DNA of 64,000 nucleotides from Eledone cirrhosa (Eukaryota), in contig OZ024752.1 of NCBI GenBank assembly GCA_964016885.1, positions 40,920,001 to 40,984,000 of the forward strand, in the 5' to 3' direction. The notes beneath the pieces were generated by a model that saw only the letters and a list, made by a program, of their open reading frames with translations, did no database searches and had not been told where the DNA came from. Positions 57,906 to 64,000 of the stretch are shown here, piece by piece. The first letter of the stretch is position 1. Each line of letters starts with the position of its first letter. A program made the position numbers and the translations under genes.

Positions 57906-58606
57906 ATATTAGGGTGTTTGTCCTGACATTAACGACGCCAGATCAACAAGTGACAAAAGCAATATGAGATTTCATTAAAGCAGACGTAATTAACTAATTT
58001 ATTAGCAATCATCTGGCAGTCAGAATATCTTAAGTAGGTAGCGTAGAATCAAATGCAATACGGGTCTTTAAATGATCTGAAGTGCTTAACGATAAGTGGT
58101 TATAATGCTAAGTGGTTAGTTATAAGTTTTCTGTAATGTCCTGTACGTTGCTATGGGATTGCTTTGCAATCGGACTATTTGTTTACCGAGAAACCTTTCT
58201 CTAGCAACACATTGTCTTTATTTATTTCTCTATTATATTTCTTGCTTATTTTCCACCGCCATATATGCCATATATAGGCGTGTGGCTGAGTGGTTAGAGA
58301 CCTGGATTCGCAATCGTGGGGTTTTATATATACATATATGTATATATTCATATATGTATATATATATGTATATATACATATATGTATATATAACGAAGGA
58401 AATGTGGTAAGGAACCAGGTGGACCATAACGCACCAAAGTACTCAATACTTGGGGTAGTAGAGTGGGTAATAGGAACCAGTAAGACCCCGTCGAAACGAC
58501 TTGAGCTCAGCCGTCGGGGTCTTACTGGTTCCTATATGTATATATATATATATATATATAACAATATTTTATATATATATATATAACAATATTTTATATA
58601 TATATA

Positions 58607-58655
58607 TATAACAATATTTGTTTCGACACACGATTTCATATCAAAAACCTCGCAA

Positions 58656-58701
<46 letters not shown>

Positions 58702-58920
58702 TTGCGAGGTTTTTTATATGAAATCGTGTGTCGAAACAAATATTGTTATACTTGGGGAGGGTCATATTGTTGTAATAATAATTGCAGAAATAATAACAGA
58801 ATTCACTCACTGTTTGGTTGGTTTTCGCTTCTGTATCTTTTATATCTCCATAGTTAATTCAATTGGCAATCAATGTTTATCATTGACTGACCAACAGTAA
58901 AAAATACAGATATAAATACA
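58607..58920 (+). mobile_element. PLE-like pLTR fragment with an inverted repeat around a TA run
   Basis: 58607-58750 is inverted about (TA)n; the continuation matches 54357-54530. Confidence 0.65.
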
Positions 58921-59278
58921 TAATATATGTAGTAATAAACACAGTAAATCGTGTGTTTAAAATTACGAGGGTTGAAGACCACATCTGTTTGAAATATTTA
59001 ACCATGAAACAAACAGAAAATATATTAATTTTATACCTAATTGTGTATGGTTGACGATATAATTAATCGATTTCCACGTGCTATTGAAATGCTGGGTAAA
59101 TATTCTATGGCTGTTGATCGCGAATAGATGGCTGTCGTTTATTTATCTATTATTTCTTCATAGGTGCCTTTTAATCTTATAGCCTGGGTTAATTGGATTT
59201 TTGTGTGGTTGATTATGCTGATTGGGAGAGGAGATGGTGTATATATCTTATCAAATGATTCTATGGACATACTTTATA

Positions 59279-59320
<42 letters not shown>

Positions 59321-59356
59321 TCGGTATATAACTTTGTTGTGGACTTATTTAGATAA

Positions 59357-59485
<129 letters not shown>

Positions 59486-59619
59486 GCAAGAACAGAAATC
59501 AGTGACATGAAATTGACAGAAGTTAGAATGAAATTAACTTTTAAAAAATGAAAGAACATTTTGTGATAGAAGTGGGATAACGAGGGCCAAAGAGAAAGAG
59601 AGGGAGAGGGATACAGGAG

Positions 59620-59671
<52 letters not shown>

Positions 59672-59707
59672 AAATATATATATATATGTATATATATATG
59701 TATAAAT

Positions 59708-59740
<33 letters not shown>

Positions 59741-59751
59741 TATGTATAACT

Positions 59752-59870
<119 letters not shown>

Positions 59871-59981
59871 TATATGTATAAATATATATATATATGTATA
59901 AATATATATAAATATAAATATATATTTATATATATGTATAAATATATATAAATATAAATATATATATATATATGTATAAAT

Positions 59982-60140
<159 letters not shown>

Positions 60141-60837
60141 TTGATAGATAAATAGAAAGAGAAATAGTGGGAGAGTGAGAAATAGTATATCTGTGTGTGG
60201 GTGATGTCAGCCAGCGGATGTCTGTGTATGTTGTTTTAACTAGTTATTAACAGAAGGGTTCTCCAGACGAGGAGGTAAGGAAATACGGAAGAAGGATGGA
60301 ATGAACGAAGGAAGAAATCAGCAACAACAATAACAACTACAACGGAAGAAAAAAAAACATTCTGGAAGTATCTAAGAAAATTCTAGAGTTTAAATTGCCA
60401 ATATTGCATAAGCAGCCATGTTGGAATGGTCCGAGGAATTTTGATATCATTTTTTCCTCTCTGAAAATTAATTGAATACCGAAGAAACAATTTGGTCTCG
60501 AAACAAAATGGTTGCTGTGGACATTGTGTTAATGCTTGTGGGTGAGAGAAAATGATTGTGGTGAGTACGTCCCTTTACGATCTGAGTTCAAATCCCGCCG
60601 AGGTTAACTTTGCCTTTCATCCATACGGAGTTGATAAAATAAAGTACCAGTAATGTACTGGGATAATTGCTGGCCTTGTGCCAAAGAGTAGAAACAATTA
60701 TTATTGGTTGTGGGTGAGATAAAATGAACCAGATGGACCATAACGCACCAGAGTACTCAATACTTAGAGTAGTAGAGTGGGAGTCCAGAAATAGCCGTCG
60801 AAACGGCTTGAGCTCTGCCGTCGGGGTCATACTTTTT

Positions 60838-60964
<127 letters not shown>

Positions 60965-61194
60965 GGTTAACAGAAATAACAACACAATCGGTACAGTGTA
61001 TGGAAGGAATATATTAAGTTAACGTTTGAAATAGCAGGAAGAGGGACTTAACGTTTCGGACGCTTATACTTCATCAGAAATCAGAAGAATAAATGAGAAA
61101 TAAGACAGATTGAAAGGACTGGCGGGTTGGCATTGGAAAATATGTCTTTAGATAAAAATAACACGTCCATTCGTGTTGAAATCTCCTGGAAAAC

Positions 61195-61243
<49 letters not shown>

Positions 61244-62052
61244 CTGTGTGACTGTGTGTGTGTCTGAATATACACCAGATTTCATCCAGAGAAGGAAAGA
61301 GCGTGAGAGAATGGACTTGAGAAAGTGACATAAAGAAAAAAACGACCCCATTATCACACTGGTACTTTTTTTATGGACCTTGAATGAATGAAAGGTAAAG
61401 TTGGCTTCAGGGGGGATTTGAAATCAGAGAGCAAATATCCGCAACGAATACTGCAAAGCATCCTCTCTGGCGTCCGAAAGACTCTGCCAATTGCCTATAT
61501 ATATATATATATATATATAGTGTGTGTGTGTGTGTGTAGTCAATTATCGATACCACAATGCGGATAACTTGAAGTTTTATCAAGTGGGTGAGTAGGACAG
61601 GAATAAATAATCGAAATACAAGCGATAATAAGATTTTATAGCGAATCCGCTATGTCTAGTCTGTAATTGAGTTTACTCAGCCGCAGCTGAATGTCAACTT
61701 CAACGAATACCATCAAGAGGTTTTACCTGTGCAAACAATTATATGGGATATAACAATCTCGCGGCCTTTGAGTAACACTTCTTTATATATTAACAAGAGA
61801 TAAGATAGATACACAACAACATCGTGCTAACTCTTGTGTATGGTTATAACTAGAGAAACTAGTGACCAGTTGGATAAACAATACTATGGCAATAGAAATG
61901 ACACAATTTGAAGTGTTACTTCCCTTTAGGATATTGTAGAATCTTCTGCTTGTCAGTGGATCTTGTTAAATATTACAATATATGTACGTACATGTGTATA
62001 CATGTGTATATAAGTAAATGGATGACTATATGTCTCTCTCTCTCTCCCCCCC

Positions 62053-62090
<38 letters not shown>

Positions 62091-62275
62091 TCTCTCTGTA
62101 TATATATATATACTGTATATATCCAATTGTCAAGGTTTGCTTTCATCCGAACCATCTTTGGCCTCTTGTGACAGGCATATATATATATATATATAGGAAC
62201 AAGTAAGACCCCGACGGCTGAGCTCAAGCCGTTTCGACGACTAATTCTGGACTGAAATATATATATATATGAGGA

Positions 62276-62320
62276 TTTCTGAGGATTTCTCCAGAATGAA
62301 ACAGTTCTACTACTGTAGAA
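62276..62320 (+). ncRNA. 5'-truncated hammerhead ribozyme related to 13535
   Basis: ttt CTGAGGA tttctccagaat GAAA cag ttctacta ctg TA gaa; flanked by TA runs. Confidence 0.55.
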
Positions 62321-62404
62321 GCCATTTCTATATATTAGATATATATATTAACTATATATGTATATACATAACGGGGGACAACTATATATATATATATATA
62401 TAAT

Positions 62405-62572
62405 CAACCCCAGCCCCCGGTATTCGCGGGGTTTAGATTCCTAGGGCACCCGCGAAGAGTGAAAAACCGCGAATATTGGACAAGATCTATAAAAATGCCT
62501 ATAAACGTCAAAATATAACGTAAAATATAATTTTAAAAAAAGGGGGACCGCGAATGCTGCGCGTACACTGTA
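62405..62572. mobile_element. Tigger/pogo-like MITE remnant
   Basis: gtattcgcgg near the left end, accgcgaat motifs inside and near the right end, terminating in cactgTA. Confidence 0.55.
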
Positions 62573-62599
62573 TACATACATATATATATATATATACAT

Positions 62600-63435
62600 A
62601 TTTCTACTTTTGGCACAAGGCCGGCAGTAACCCAGTACATTACTGGTACTTTATTTTATCGACCCCGTAAGGATGAAAGGCAAAGTTAACCTCGGCGGGA
62701 TTTGAACACAAAATGGCAAGGGCCGTAACTCTATGCATCAAAGCATGGCGTCCGACCTTCTACCGACACTGCCAATCCACCGCCTGTTATAATATAATAT
62801 AATATAATAATTGTTTCTACTTTAGGCACAAGGCCAGCAATTAACCAGTGCATTACTGGTACTTTATTTTATCGACCCCGTAAGGATGAAAGGCAAAGTC
62901 AGCCTCGGCGGGATTTGAACTCAGATCGTAAAGGGACGTAACTATGCTGGAAAGCATGGCATCCAACTCTCTACCGATACTGCCAATCCACCGTCCAATG
63001 GTTTCTTATATAGGCACAAGGCCAGTAATTTGGGGGGAAGGGAAAGTCGATTAAATCGACCCCAGTGCGTGACTGGTACTTTATTTTATCGACCCCGTAA
63101 GGATGAAAGGCAAAGTCAGCCTCGGCGGGATTTGAACTCAGATCGTAAAGGGACGTAACTATGCTGGAAAGCATGGCATCCAACTCTCTACCGATACTGC
63201 CAATCCACCGTCCAATGGTTTCTTATATAGGCACAAGGCCAAGTAATTTGGGGGGAAGGGAAAGTCGATTAAATCGACCCCAGTGCGTGACTGGTACTTT
63301 ATTTTATCGACCCCGTAAGGATGAAAGGCGAGGTTAACCTCGGCGGGATTTGAACTCAGAATGGCAAGGGACGTAACTATGCACCAAAGCATGGCGTCCG
63401 ACCTTCTACCGACACTGCCAATCCACCGCCTGTTT
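62600..63435 (-). mobile_element. Tandem array of four Meta/MESC-like SINEs
   Basis: Four copies of ggcacaaggcc...actggtactttattttatcgaccccgtaaggatgaaaggc...ctgccaatccacc. Confidence 0.8.
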
Positions 63436-63747
63436 AATATAATAATATTCAGTAGAATTGGTTGTAGAAATACTAAACAACGGCTGAGCCCACATACTAT
63501 ATGGTTGGGTGTTGGAAGAAGTGTGTGTCTGTTTTAAAAGAGGCCCCCATACACTCTATAGCTTCCTTTGCAAATAAGTATAATACAAACAAATGCTTGT
63601 ATGCATAAACATATACGCATTTACGCACAGACTTTTAAAGACATTCACACACACACACTGCATGTACACACACACACACAAATACATATACATATTGATA
63701 TGTATATATATATACATATATGTGTGTGTGTGCGCGTGTATATATAT

Positions 63748-63781
<34 letters not shown>

Positions 63782-63827
63782 GTATAAACATATATATTCA
63801 TATATATATATATTTATATATATATAC

Positions 63828-63976
<149 letters not shown>

Positions 63977-64000
63977 CAAAGACCCTTCGTCCATAATCTG

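Noticed and set aside
61043-61080. Minus-strand CTGATGA...GAAAcgtTA motif (related partial copy at ~50355)
   Set aside because: Stem II does not pair in one copy and the core is broken in the other; likely decayed HHRs, not counted.
61560-61900. Unique segment with splice-like cag|gtaaaa on the minus strand
   Set aside because: Only short frames, no supporting partner site or homology.

Overview
Gene-poor, AT-rich animal genomic DNA, dense in microsatellites. The SINE complement and microsatellite load suggest an octopod cephalopod (inference). No host protein-coding exon could be supported; almost all ORF-track entries are translations of simple repeats. Positions 1-12348 recur at about 15661-28531 across a 200-N scaffold gap, most likely two uncollapsed haplotypes. 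The main signal is about 16 minimal type-I hammerhead ribozyme (HHR) motifs with intact CUGANGA...GAAA...UH cores, read by eye. They lie in several families of short insertions in (TA)n runs that often form long fold-back palindromes with arms of 56-185 bp. One insertion retains the C-terminus of a GIY-YIG endonuclease, tying them to Penelope-like elements (PLEs), and one is present in only one of the two duplicated copies. Also present are two divergent R4/Dong-like RLE retrotransposon 3' ends, both inside (CATA)n, plus Tx1-like LINE 3' ends, a CRE-like fragment, mariner- and Tigger-type MITEs, two tRNA-derived SINE families and several TE-derived tandem arrays.
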